From an uncultured Solirubrobacterales bacterium (GTDB lineage: Bacteria; Actinomycetota; Thermoleophilia; Solirubrobacterales; 70-9), in contig CAVROX010000007.1 in NCBI GenBank assembly GCA_963722965.1, forward strand, positions 149,040 to 213,039: a stretch of DNA of 64,000 nt. Direction: 5' to 3'. Below the pieces are notes generated by a model. That model was not told the origin of the DNA. It searched no databases and was given only the letters and a program-made list of their open reading frames with translations. Position 1 is the first letter of the stretch, and each line of letters begins with the position of its first letter. Positions 20,546-29,003 of this stretch are shown piece by piece. The position numbers and the translations under genes were made by a program.

Positions 20546-21417
20546 GCGAGCGGGTAAAGGAGCGGCCGCTGCTGGTCTTCCTCAACGAGGTGGCCGGCGG
20601 GCGCAAGCTTCTGGCCGCTGTGCGGGAGCGGACCAATCGGGTCCCCTACGTCGCCGTTGCGGCCCCCCAGAATCAGCCGGCGGTCGGTCAGCTGATCGAC
20701 TCAGGCGAGCTGCGCGACGCAGCTCGGGCCCGGGTGGAGGTGACGATGGCGGTTCTATCGGAGTTCGGGATCAGCTCGCTCGGCGAGGTGATGGATCGCG
20801 ACCCGGCGCTGGCGCTGGATGACGCTGTCCGCGCCCACGAACCCGCCGAGGTACTGCTCTCCTGCATGATTGGCACGCGCTTCGGATTCACCCGCAGGGA
20901 CCTGGTCGAGTGGGCGCGAGAGCGCTTTGAACCAGAGACCGCCGTCACCCATATACCGGTGCGGATCGAGGATGACTCGATCCGTTGGGACGTGACCCAC
21001 ACGCTAGTGGTTGCGACCAAGACGGTGGCCGCCCCGGACCTCGTCAAACGCCTCAAGGAGCGCGCGACCGAGCGCCCGCACCGCTACACGATCATCTGTC
21101 CGCGCTCTCAGGAGGTCGCCGAGCCGCAGGTGGTCGGTGACCTCGCCTCGACGATGGCCGAGCTGTACCGCGCCGACGTCGACGCGACCGGCCAACCGAT
21201 GAGCCCCGATCCATTTGACGCTGTCAGGAACGCGATCGAGCATTACCGGATCGATGAGATCCTGATCTCGACTTTTGCCGGGGAGGATTCGCGTTGGCTT
21301 GACGGCGACCTGATCGGCCGGGTGCGCGAGATCACCGAGAAGCCGGTCGAGCACATCGAGGTGGGCCGACCGGCGGCCGCGGTCGCGGCCGCCGTCGCCG
21401 AGGGGGAGGAAAGCTAG
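20542..21417 (+). CDS. hypothetical soluble protein with an internally duplicated domain, embedded in the cta operon
   Basis: 291 aa with no TM segments. Its two halves share a pattern: 'LLVFLNEVAGGRKLLAAVRER...VAVAAPQNQ' versus 'TLVVATKTVAAPDLVKRLKER...TIICPRSQ'. TTGA overlap with the ctaD stop, and its stop directly abuts the ctaE ATG. Confidence 0.7.
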   Translation: MSERVKERPLLVFLNEVAGGRKLLAAVRERTNRVPYVAVAAPQNQPAVGQLIDSGELRDAARARVEVTMAVLSEFGISSLGEVMDRDPALALDDAVRAHEPAEVLLSCMIGTRFGFTRRDLVEWARERFEPETAVTHIPVRIEDDSIRWDVTHTLVVATKTVAAPDLVKRLKERATERPHRYTIICPRSQEVAEPQVVGDLASTMAELYRADVDATGQPMSPDPFDAVRNAIEHYRIDEILISTFAGEDSRWLDGDLIGRVREITEKPVEHIEVGRPAAAVAAAVAEGEES

Positions 21418-22044
21418 ATGGAGAGCGCGACTGTAGCGCTGGAGCACGGGCACGGCGAGGAGCACCACGGTCCACCGGAGGCCAACAAAAGCTCTCGCAT
21501 CGATCGCCAGACGCTTGGGATCTTGCTCTTCATCGTCTCCGAGGTGATGCTCTTCGGCGCCTTCTTCGCCTCCTACTTCTTCTTGCGGATCGTCGTCAAC
21601 CCGCCCGCCTGGCCGCCGCACCCCTATGAACTGCCGGTTGCCATCGCCGGGGTCAACACCGCGATCCTCGTCTCCTCCAGCTTCACCGTCCATTACGCCC
21701 TCGAGTCGATCCGGCGGGGCAACCGCAACGGGATGAAGCTGGGGCTCGCCCTCACCTGGATGCTCGGCGCCACCTTCCTCTTCATCCAGATCAACGAGTA
21801 CGTCCATCTCGGCTTCAGCGCTCGCGACCTTTCCTTTGGCACGATCTTCTACTGCCTCACGGGCCTGCACGGCGCCCACGTATTTGTCGGCCTGATGCTG
21901 CTCAGCTTCGCGACGATCCGCGCCTTTCGGGGCCATTTCGGCCCTGATGCCAAGGACCACATGGGAGTTGAGATCCCGGGCATCTACTGGCACTTCGTGG
22001 ACATCATGTGGCTCATCGTCTTTACGGCGGTCTACGTTCTCTGA
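21418..22044 (+). CDS. ctaE: cytochrome c oxidase subunit III
   Basis: 208 aa, 5 TM helices, 'FFASYFFLR', 'HGAHVFVGL', 'YWHFVDIMWLIVF'. Confidence 0.93.
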   Translation: MESATVALEHGHGEEHHGPPEANKSSRIDRQTLGILLFIVSEVMLFGAFFASYFFLRIVVNPPAWPPHPYELPVAIAGVNTAILVSSSFTVHYALESIRRGNRNGMKLGLALTWMLGATFLFIQINEYVHLGFSARDLSFGTIFYCLTGLHGAHVFVGLMLLSFATIRAFRGHFGPDAKDHMGVEIPGIYWHFVDIMWLIVFTAVYVL

Positions 22045-22098
22045 GGCCAAGCCCCCATACCGGGCATCCCCTGGCCTTCGACCGACAACCGGATTGAG

Positions 22099-22269
22099 AT
22101 GAGGATTTCTGAGGAGGCGGTTTTCCGGTGGGTGATTATCGTCGGGATCGCCGCGGCCTCAATCATCGCGCTGACCCTGCTCACACGAGCGCTGTTTGGG
22201 GCGATATGGGGGTTGGTCCTGGTGGGCGCCGGCGGGGTGCATGCCTACCGCTGGTTCGTGAATCGCTAG
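22099..22269 (+). CDS. small two-TM membrane protein (below the ORF-track cutoff)
   Basis: Hand-translated 56 aa: 'MRISEEAVFRWVIIVGIAAASIIALTLLTRALFGAIWGLVLVGAGGVHAYRWFVNR'. It starts 55 nt after ctaE on the same strand. It could be an oxidase small subunit, but that is speculative. Confidence 0.4.
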   Translation: MRISEEAVFRWVIIVGIAAASIIALTLLTRALFGAIWGLVLVGAGGVHAYRWFVNR

Positions 22270-22538
22270 CGTCAAACCCAGCGCAAAACCTCTGGTTGTT
22301 TGCGCGGTCAGTCAGGAGATTTCGGCCCAGTTGTTCTCGGAGGGTGGAGGCCAGGTCAGCCTCGGGTCAAGGGGTGTGTGAGCTGAATTTCCGGAGCGAA
22401 GATCCGGCCCTGCGCGGAGATCCGCCCGAGGCCACAGCGCCTCGGATCTGGCACTGCAGGGCGGTTGGCTTGGTCTTGGCATGCGTCCCCAAAGCCATCC
22501 CCGTCGCTCTCACAGGTTCTGGGTGGGGCTGGGCGCGA

Positions 22539-23309
22539 TCAGCGCCCGTTGACCCAGCGACGGTTGCGGAGTTCGGTGACCGCGAGGGTAAGGGCGATCG
22601 GGACGGTCGCTGGCAGCTCGCTAACCGCGAAAAACAGGAGGTCAAAGGCGAGCGCCAGGATGGCGGCGATGGCGGCGGCTCTGAGCTGAAGGCGGCGGTT
22701 GCGGGCCAGCATCGCCCCCAGCGTGGCGGCGATGAAGAGGTCGCCGAAGCCCATCGCCGCAGAGCCGAAGGAAACAAACTGAAGCCTCGGCAGGCCGCCG
22801 GGAGAGACGGCGTTGAGAATTGCGTTTGGGCCCTGGAGGAGGTTTGCGGCGACCAGCCAGGTGTCGACCGCCGCCATCGCGTAGATCCCAAGTCCCAGCC
22901 AGCGGGCGGGGACGAGGCAGGCGAGCAGCCAGCCGAGGCTGAGGCACGCCAGCGCGTCCAGCGCGAGCCCAGCCGCCTGCCCAGAGAGGGAGCCCTGGAA
23001 GGCCCAGGCGAGCCCAAACAGGGGAACGACCAGCGCCGCGAGCGGTGGGCTCCCGCCGCGGACGATCGCTGCCAGTGCGAGCGCCGCGAGGGGCGGGACT
23101 CCGAGTAGCGCGAGGTAGGTCAGCCCCTGCGCCGAGGCACGGTCAAGGGCCACCCCAGCAATAACCACGACGATCGAGGCTGGCGGGACGAGCGCCCACC
23201 AGCGGTTTCGAAAGCCGGCCAGGACCGGCTGCAGGGCGGGACGGGGAGCCGCAACCAGTGCCGCCTGCAGGAGGCTGAGAATGCTGATCGAGAGCGCGAA
23301 GGGAAGCAT
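22539..23309 (-). CDS. polytopic membrane protein with a GxGD-like motif
   Basis: 256 aa, 7-9 hydrophobic segments, containing 'AAVDTW', 'AMGFGDLF' and 'LPATVPIAL'. Confidence 0.65.
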   Translation of the reverse strand: MLPFALSISILSLLQAALVAAPRPALQPVLAGFRNRWWALVPPASIVVVIAGVALDRASAQGLTYLALLGVPPLAALALAAIVRGGSPPLAALVVPLFGLAWAFQGSLSGQAAGLALDALACLSLGWLLACLVPARWLGLGIYAMAAVDTWLVAANLLQGPNAILNAVSPGGLPRLQFVSFGSAAMGFGDLFIAATLGAMLARNRRLQLRAAAIAAILALAFDLLFFAVSELPATVPIALTLAVTELRNRRWVNGR

Positions 23310-23365
23310 CGGGGCAATCCAGCGGGCGCCGAGTCTACGGTTGGCTGCCGGCGGGGTTGACCCGG

Positions 23366-24358
23366 CTATGCCCGCACGCTCAGCTCGCTTTCTGTTTGCT
23401 CGCCAGTGGTGGCTGCGGCGCTCGAAGCCTGCGGCTCAAGCCGCCCGGCGGCCGCGACCGTCCACAGCATCGCGAGCCAGGTGAAGGTAGCGAGGGCGAC
23501 GTGGAGCCAGACGATCTCCGTCGGAAGCTTCGAGTACCACTGAACCGCCCCGACGACTCCCTGCAGCGCGAGCAGGCCAATCACGATGGCTAGAGGCCGC
23601 TGGGCGCGCCGATCGCCTCCCGCCCGGCGCAGGACAAACCAGACGGCGATCGCGGCGAGACCGAATACCGCCGCGATCGCGGCATGGCGCTGGACGACCC
23701 ATTCAAGCGTCTGGGCGCCCTCGAACCTGAAGCGGGGGACAATCTGGCCCGCATGGGCCCCGGCGTGTGGCCCCGAGCCGGTGGCGACGGTGCCGGCAGC
23801 GATTGTCAGCTGGCCGAGCGGGATCAGTCCCCGTACCGCCCAGACGCCGAGCCGGTCGCTGGAACGGCGTCGCTGCCACGGCTCATATCGCGAACACCAG
23901 GCCAGGGCGAAAGCCGCGTCGAGCAGCATCATCGAGAGGATGAAGTGGAGCATCACCAGGCCCGGTGCGAGGTGGTCCTCGACGACCAGGGCCCCGAGGA
24001 TCGCCTGTGCGAGCACCCCGAGCGGCAGCAGTACCCCGATCAGCGCGAGGTGCGAGCGGTATGGGCGGCGATAGAAGGCCAGCACGCTGGCGGCGATCAC
24101 CGCAATGCCAACGAATCCGGTCAGTATCCGGTTGCTGTACTCGATCACCGCATGGGATTCGAGCGGCGGGACGGTCTGGCCGTAGCACTTGGGCCAATCC
24201 GGGCAGCCGAGGCCGGAGTCGGTGAGGCGCACGGCGGCGCCGGTAAGGACGATCAGCGAGAGCGCGATAAGCGCGACGGCGGTCAGCTGCGCGTAGCGCC
24301 GCGGCGATATCTCGAGGCGGTCTCGGAGACCCTTGCGCATCTTCGAATTGAAGATCAT
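23366..24358 (-). CDS. ctaA: haem A synthase (COX15/CtaA)
   Basis: 330 aa. 'RLTDSGLGCPDWPKCYG' and multiple His-bearing TM helices. Confidence 0.9.
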   Translation of the reverse strand: MIFNSKMRKGLRDRLEISPRRYAQLTAVALIALSLIVLTGAAVRLTDSGLGCPDWPKCYGQTVPPLESHAVIEYSNRILTGFVGIAVIAASVLAFYRRPYRSHLALIGVLLPLGVLAQAILGALVVEDHLAPGLVMLHFILSMMLLDAAFALAWCSRYEPWQRRRSSDRLGVWAVRGLIPLGQLTIAAGTVATGSGPHAGAHAGQIVPRFRFEGAQTLEWVVQRHAAIAAVFGLAAIAVWFVLRRAGGDRRAQRPLAIVIGLLALQGVVGAVQWYSKLPTEIVWLHVALATFTWLAMLWTVAAAGRLEPQASSAAATTGEQTESELSVRA

Positions 24359-24383
24359 GCCAACGGCCGGCCGGCCGCCGACC

Positions 24384-25073
24384 TCAGCCCCCCTTGCTCT
24401 TTGAGGTCGAGGCGATCAGGTATTCGACAAGCTCGTTGATTTCATTCGGTTTAAGGATTGTGCCGAAGTCCTGAGGCATAACGTTGGCGGGGTAGCCCGG
24501 AGTGATTTTCGCGTTGGGGACGACGATCGATTCTTTGATCATCGCCGCCGTCTGGCCGGGTAAGACCTTGTTGAAGTCCGGTCCTGTGGTGCCGCCTGAT
24601 TTAGCCGCTGCCAGGGTGTGGCAGCCACCGCAGCCGTTGTTGGCAAAGACCTGGGCGCCTGGGCCCCCCGGCACCCTGGGCGGTGCCGCCCCCGGGACCC
24701 CGGCGTACTTGCCCACGTAGGCGGCGACGTCGTCGAGGTCCTGCCCGCTGACAACGTCACGCGGCATCGAGATGTTGGGGTCGGCATTGCCGGGGCGGGG
24801 GAATTGGACCTGCGCTTTGACGAGCCCTTCGATCGTGTCGCCGCCCTCGCCGGCGGCCCGGGCCGCGGCGAAGGCATCGTCGAGGTTGGGGCCCACCTGG
24901 GCCGTTGTGCCGGCCTGCGCGAGGGTGTGACAGACGCCGCATTTCTGGATGAAGAGCACCCGTCCGCGGGTCACGTCTGCGGTGGTCGTCCCGCAACCGG
25001 AAGCGCCCAGCGCGACTGCGGCGATGGCTGACAGGGCGAGCAGCGCACGGATGAGGTTGGGAAGCTTGGACAT
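24384..25073 (-). CDS. dihaem c-type cytochrome lipoprotein
   Basis: Starting at ATG 25073: 'MSKLPNLIRALLALSAIAAVALGASGCG' (lipobox), then two CxxCH motifs, 'CGVCH' and 'CGGCH'. The upstream part of the track ORF is not protein-like. Confidence 0.85.
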   Translation of the reverse strand: MSKLPNLIRALLALSAIAAVALGASGCGTTTADVTRGRVLFIQKCGVCHTLAQAGTTAQVGPNLDDAFAAARAAGEGGDTIEGLVKAQVQFPRPGNADPNISMPRDVVSGQDLDDVAAYVGKYAGVPGAAPPRVPGGPGAQVFANNGCGGCHTLAAAKSGGTTGPDFNKVLPGQTAAMIKESIVVPNAKITPGYPANVMPQDFGTILKPNEINELVEYLIASTSKSKGG

Positions 25074-25197
25074 GGCGGCGCGAGGCGCGCGGGATTCTAT
25101 ATGCCAAGGCCACGGCGCAAGCTGTTTGACAGGCACGCCGGTGGGGTAATCTTGCACCGATCCGCACGATCTCCGAAAGTCCGGAAGGAGAGGTCCG

Positions 25198-25599
25198 ATG
25201 CAGGTACGGGATGGTATGTCGGAGGTGGTTCTGACCGTCGGCACCTCGCACACTTTGCGAGAAGCAGCCGAGAGGATGGTGGAGAAGGGCACCGGCGCCG
25301 CGCTGGTCGCCGACCCCGAGTCTCCGGTGCCTGGAATCGTCACCGAGCGTGACATCCTTGTCTCGATCGGAGGCGGTCAGGACCCTGACGCGGAGCTGGT
25401 CGCCGACCACATGAGCGCAAGCGTGATCGCCGCCGCACCCGATTGGAGCCTCGAGCGCGCTGCCGCTGAGATGTCCCACCGCGGTGTCCGCCACCTGGTC
25501 GTCTTCGAGGACGGTGATCTGGTCGGCGTCCTCTCGATGCGAGACATAGTCCGCGTCTGGACATCCGAGGGCGCGACGTCGGGCATGGCCCCCAACTGA
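25198..25599 (+). CDS. CBS-domain pair protein
   Basis: 133 aa. Two CBS-like repeats ('VLTVGTSHTLREAAERMVEKGTGAALV', 'GVRHLVVFEDGDLVGVLSMRDIV'). Confidence 0.85.
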   Translation: MQVRDGMSEVVLTVGTSHTLREAAERMVEKGTGAALVADPESPVPGIVTERDILVSIGGGQDPDAELVADHMSASVIAAAPDWSLERAAAEMSHRGVRHLVVFEDGDLVGVLSMRDIVRVWTSEGATSGMAPN

Positions 25600-26037
25600 C
25601 GGCGCTCCCGTCGGTCAGGCCTGAGGTGGAGAGATTTTTTCCACCGGGAGAGCACCCTCGGACTCCGGCAGAGAAGATCGCCCGCTTTCACGCTTTCGCG
25701 CTTTCATTCGATTTGCAGGCGAAGCGCCGCAGACGGCAGTAAACGCCAGCCCGTAATCGCAACCCGCAAGCAGAAGGTGTGCGGCGCCGGGGGGGCGCCA
25801 CCGCGGGCTCCGATTGGACCCTTTCACCTGGCTTCCCGTCCTTCGAAGAATCAGCCGGCGTCTCGTTACGGCACTTCTCAGGTCCGATCCCGTGAGACGA
25901 CGCTCCTCCTCGGCCGCCCATGCAGTCGGCCCGAGGTTGCCCGTGGTCGACTGATTGAGCGTTCGAAGGTCCTCGCCCCGGCGCCCGTGAAGCCCTAGAG
26001 TCGCTTCTCTCGTTCCACGAATCAGAAGGAAGGGATA

Positions 26038-26622
26038 ATGAAACGCCTCAGAGACAGGCTGAGCTACGCGAACGTCATGGCGACAATCGCCGTATTCATT
26101 GCGCTCGGCGGAAGCGCTTATGCGGCCTCCAAGATCAACGGCAAGACGATCAAGATCAAGTCGATTCCGGGCAACCGCTTGAAGCCCAACACGGTGACCG
26201 GGGCCCAGGTCAACGAGTCCACGCTTGGCCAGGTCCCCTCCGCAGTTCAGGCCAATTCGGCGGCGACCGCGACGAGTGCCGCCAACGCGACCACGGTCAA
26301 CGGCCACACCGCTGAATGCAAGGCTGGCACCCGGCCCTTTGCGGGAAGCTGCTGGGAAAGCGCACCGCGAGCGGCCGTAACTCAGCCGGCTGCGGCCGCT
26401 ACCTGCACGGGATCCGGTGGAACCCTTCCCTCGACTTCCGATCTCGTCGCCTTCTCAAAAGTAGCCACCCTCAGCGCAGGCGACGAGTGGAGCGGCGAAG
26501 TCAACTCCGTCACCGCTGAAAATGTTTTCACGGTGATTACGGTCTCTCCGGAAGGCAAGGTCAACCTCGACGCTCCGACCGACACCAAGGAATACCGCTG
26601 CGTGTTTCCTCTGGTTCGCTGA
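26038..26622 (+). CDS. hypothetical N-terminally anchored secreted protein
   Basis: 194 aa. 'MKRLRDRLSYANVMATIAVFIALGGSAYA' anchor/signal, a Thr/Ala-rich linker and a Cys-containing C-terminal domain. It lies in an A/T-richer islet. Confidence 0.6.
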   Translation: MKRLRDRLSYANVMATIAVFIALGGSAYAASKINGKTIKIKSIPGNRLKPNTVTGAQVNESTLGQVPSAVQANSAATATSAANATTVNGHTAECKAGTRPFAGSCWESAPRAAVTQPAAAATCTGSGGTLPSTSDLVAFSKVATLSAGDEWSGEVNSVTAENVFTVITVSPEGKVNLDAPTDTKEYRCVFPLVR

Positions 26623-26722
26623 ACCCCGGACGGGAGCGGCCATTGAATGACCGCTCCTTCGGTCACCTTGGCGCAAGGAACCGCTCGCGGACCTTGACTT
26701 CGACCCTCTGTCGATCCGTCAG

Positions 26723-26824
26723 GTGTTCCGCAGACTCGGCGGTCACATCAAAAAGCTGCGAAGCAAACTGACTTACGCAAACGTTGTCGCGACGCTGGCG
26801 CTGTTGGCTTATACGGAACCATAA
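26723..26824 (+). pseudogene. truncated paralogue of the 26038 gene N-terminus
   Basis: Hand translation 'VFRRLGGHIKKLRSKLTYANVVATLALLAYTEP*' parallels 'MKRLRDRLSYANVMATIAVFIALGG' and then stops. Confidence 0.4.
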
Positions 26825-26848
26825 AGGCGGACCCCTAGACTGCCCATC

Positions 26849-27259
26849 GTGCCTCGCTGGGCTCTGGTCCTCGCCGTCGCGGCTTGTCTTGCGGCAGTTT
26901 CTATCATCGCGGCCTCTGATAACTCAGCGTCCCCGACCTTCATCAGGTGTAACGGAACGCCTCCCGGAAAAGGGCTGAGGATTCATCCAAGCAAGTGCGT
27001 CGGCAGCGGTCTTGGAGAAGGAGGAGTCCACTGGTTCGCCATCTTGAAGAACCTGCGATGGCATCACTGGGGATCTGGGAGGACGTTGGCTACGGGGTTC
27101 GCAGCTAATGCTGAGGGCCACCGACGCTCACGAGTCCGGGTCGCCGCTTTCGATCAAGCGAACTGTGGGACGACGGGCTTCGCTTACATAGAGCTGAGGC
27201 TGGCGGGTGGGCGGGACGGGGCAGTTACCCTCCGCCTTGGCGCCTGCGAAACGGCGTAG
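26849..27259 (+). CDS. hypothetical secreted protein
   Basis: 136 aa with the signal-like 'MPRWALVLAVAACLAAVSIIAAS'. No recognisable family. Confidence 0.45.
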   Translation: MPRWALVLAVAACLAAVSIIAASDNSASPTFIRCNGTPPGKGLRIHPSKCVGSGLGEGGVHWFAILKNLRWHHWGSGRTLATGFAANAEGHRRSRVRVAAFDQANCGTTGFAYIELRLAGGRDGAVTLRLGACETA

Positions 27260-27631
27260 ATGGCAGGCAAGCCGAAGAATGCGGTTAGGCACCTGACATG
27301 GAACGTCGGCTTGCGTCGATCTGGGCCGTCTACCTGGCGTTTGTGGTCGCGTCGGTCGTGACGATCTCTCACGACGAGGAAAACCGCGGCTTCGCCGGGG
27401 CGCTGCCACTAGAGGTAATGACTCGGGTCTGGTGCGCAAACACGAAAGTCAACGCCAGCGAGGGCTCGCGAAAATGCACGGCATCGCGACCGCGCCCGTG
27501 CGATCTGGGTTGAAGTGATGACCCGCCACTTTCAGCCCATGCGGCCTATCCACTGCAAACCCCAAATCGCCTTGGTTGACCAGTGGCGAGCGGCTCAGCA
27601 CCGGCGCTCGCAACAACGGTGAGGTGCAGAT

Positions 27632-27937
27632 TTAGCTCTGTGAGCGGCTTTGCTGCGGAGGGCTGACCGTTTCAATCGGAAGCACGGCGCCGCGCACCTT
27701 CTGCTTGCGGGGCAGCCGGTAGTAATCGCGCACGGCTCCCTTGATCAGGTTGCGCAGCGCGGCGAGGAAGAAAATTACGCCGACGATCGCGTAGAGCGTG
27801 GAGGGGAAGATGAAGCCGTTGGCGTAGATTCCGCAGAGCATCGCGCCGATCCCTGCGGCGAAGAAAGCGGGCCCCCAGGAGGGACGGGGCAGGTAGATCA
27901 TCTCGCCGGGCTCAGGGATGTCGCGGTGCTCATTCAT
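27632..27937 (-). CDS. small two-TM membrane protein, last gene of the ctaB operon
   Basis: 101 aa, 'LPRPSWGPAFFAAGIGAMLCGIY...YAIVGVIFFLAALRNL'. Same strand as ctaB and closely spaced. Confidence 0.55.
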   Translation of the reverse strand: MNEHRDIPEPGEMIYLPRPSWGPAFFAAGIGAMLCGIYANGFIFPSTLYAIVGVIFFLAALRNLIKGAVRDYYRLPRKQKVRGAVLPIETVSPPQQSRSQS

Positions 27938-28071
27938 GCTCGCCTATGACGCTATGTAGAGGATTGCGGCGATGAAGGAGAGGGCGAAGATCGCCGCGGC
28001 GAAACCGCCGGCCAGAAGTCCGGCTTTCATACCGCGGTTTGCGCTCTCGCGATCCACCGGCTGGATTTCTA

Positions 28072-28998
28072 TCAGGCGAGCCTGGCGTCGACGGCCATCG
28101 CGAGGAAGAGCAGCGCCAAGTAGGAGAGGGAGTAGAGGTAAGTTCGCAGCGCCCAGCGCCGATTGGCGCTTTGCAGGAGACGCACAGCGCAGTAGATGAA
28201 GATTCCCCCCAGGGTGATTGAGGCCGCCAAGTAGGAAAGGCCGAAGCCGCCGGCACAGAAGGGTAACTGGGTCACCGCATACAGAAGCACCGTGTAGAGG
28301 AGGATCTGGCGCCGGGTCTCGGCCTCCCCCCGTACGACCGGCAGCATCGGCACGCCGGCCTTTTCGTAGTCGTTCTTCATCAGCAGCGAGAGAGCCCAGA
28401 AGTGGGGTGGGGTCCAAAAGAAGACGATCGCGAAGAGGTAAAGCGCGGTGCCGCTGAGCCCGCCGGTCACGGCCGCCCAGGCGACCAGCGGCGGCACCGC
28501 TCCGGCGGCACCGCCGATCACGATGTTCTGCGGCGTGGCCCGCTTCAGCCAGAGGGTGTAGACACAGACATAACCGATCAGCCCCGAGAGCGAGAGCGTC
28601 GCAGCCAGCGGGTTGACCGCCAGCGCCAGCAGAGCGAAGGAGGCGCAGCCGAGCGTTAGGCCGAAGGCGGTGGCGGCGGCGGGGGAGACCCGCCCGCTGG
28701 CCACCGGCCGGTTGGCGGTGCGGGCCATCTTGCGGTCGATGTCGTGGTCGATCGCGTGGTTGATCGCCCCCGCGCCGCCCGCCGAAAGGGCGCCGCCGAG
28801 GCAGGTCAGAAGGACCAGGCCGATCGACGGGTCGCCCGCCACATACATGGTCGTGACCGTGATGAAAAGCAGCAGCGACTGCACCCGCGGCTTGGTCAGG
28901 GTTAGGTAATCGCGGAGGACGGCGAGCGCGGGCGAGCTCCGGACTGCTCCCGCCGTGGTCGTGGTCGGGATGGTCTGCGCTCCGGCGCCGGCAGCCAT
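28072..28998 (-). CDS. ctaB: protohaem IX farnesyltransferase (haem O synthase)
   Basis: 308 aa UbiA-family protein. 'NHAIDHDIDRKMARTANRP', about 9 TM helices. Confidence 0.93.
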   Translation of the reverse strand: MAAGAGAQTIPTTTTAGAVRSSPALAVLRDYLTLTKPRVQSLLLFITVTTMYVAGDPSIGLVLLTCLGGALSAGGAGAINHAIDHDIDRKMARTANRPVASGRVSPAAATAFGLTLGCASFALLALAVNPLAATLSLSGLIGYVCVYTLWLKRATPQNIVIGGAAGAVPPLVAWAAVTGGLSGTALYLFAIVFFWTPPHFWALSLLMKNDYEKAGVPMLPVVRGEAETRRQILLYTVLLYAVTQLPFCAGGFGLSYLAASITLGGIFIYCAVRLLQSANRRWALRTYLYSLSYLALLFLAMAVDARLA

Positions 28999-29003
28999 AG
29001 CGC

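Noticed and set aside
25625-25645. Hairpin 'ggtgga-gagattttt-tccacc' after the CBS gene as a Rho-independent terminator
   Set aside because: The T-run lies inside the loop rather than 3' of the stem, and the stem is only 6 bp. This is not convincing as an intrinsic terminator.
27298-27513. 71-aa ORF with one hydrophobic segment in the islet
   Set aside because: It has no recognisable motif, the context is weak and the C-terminal half is not protein-like. The support is too weak to report it as a gene.
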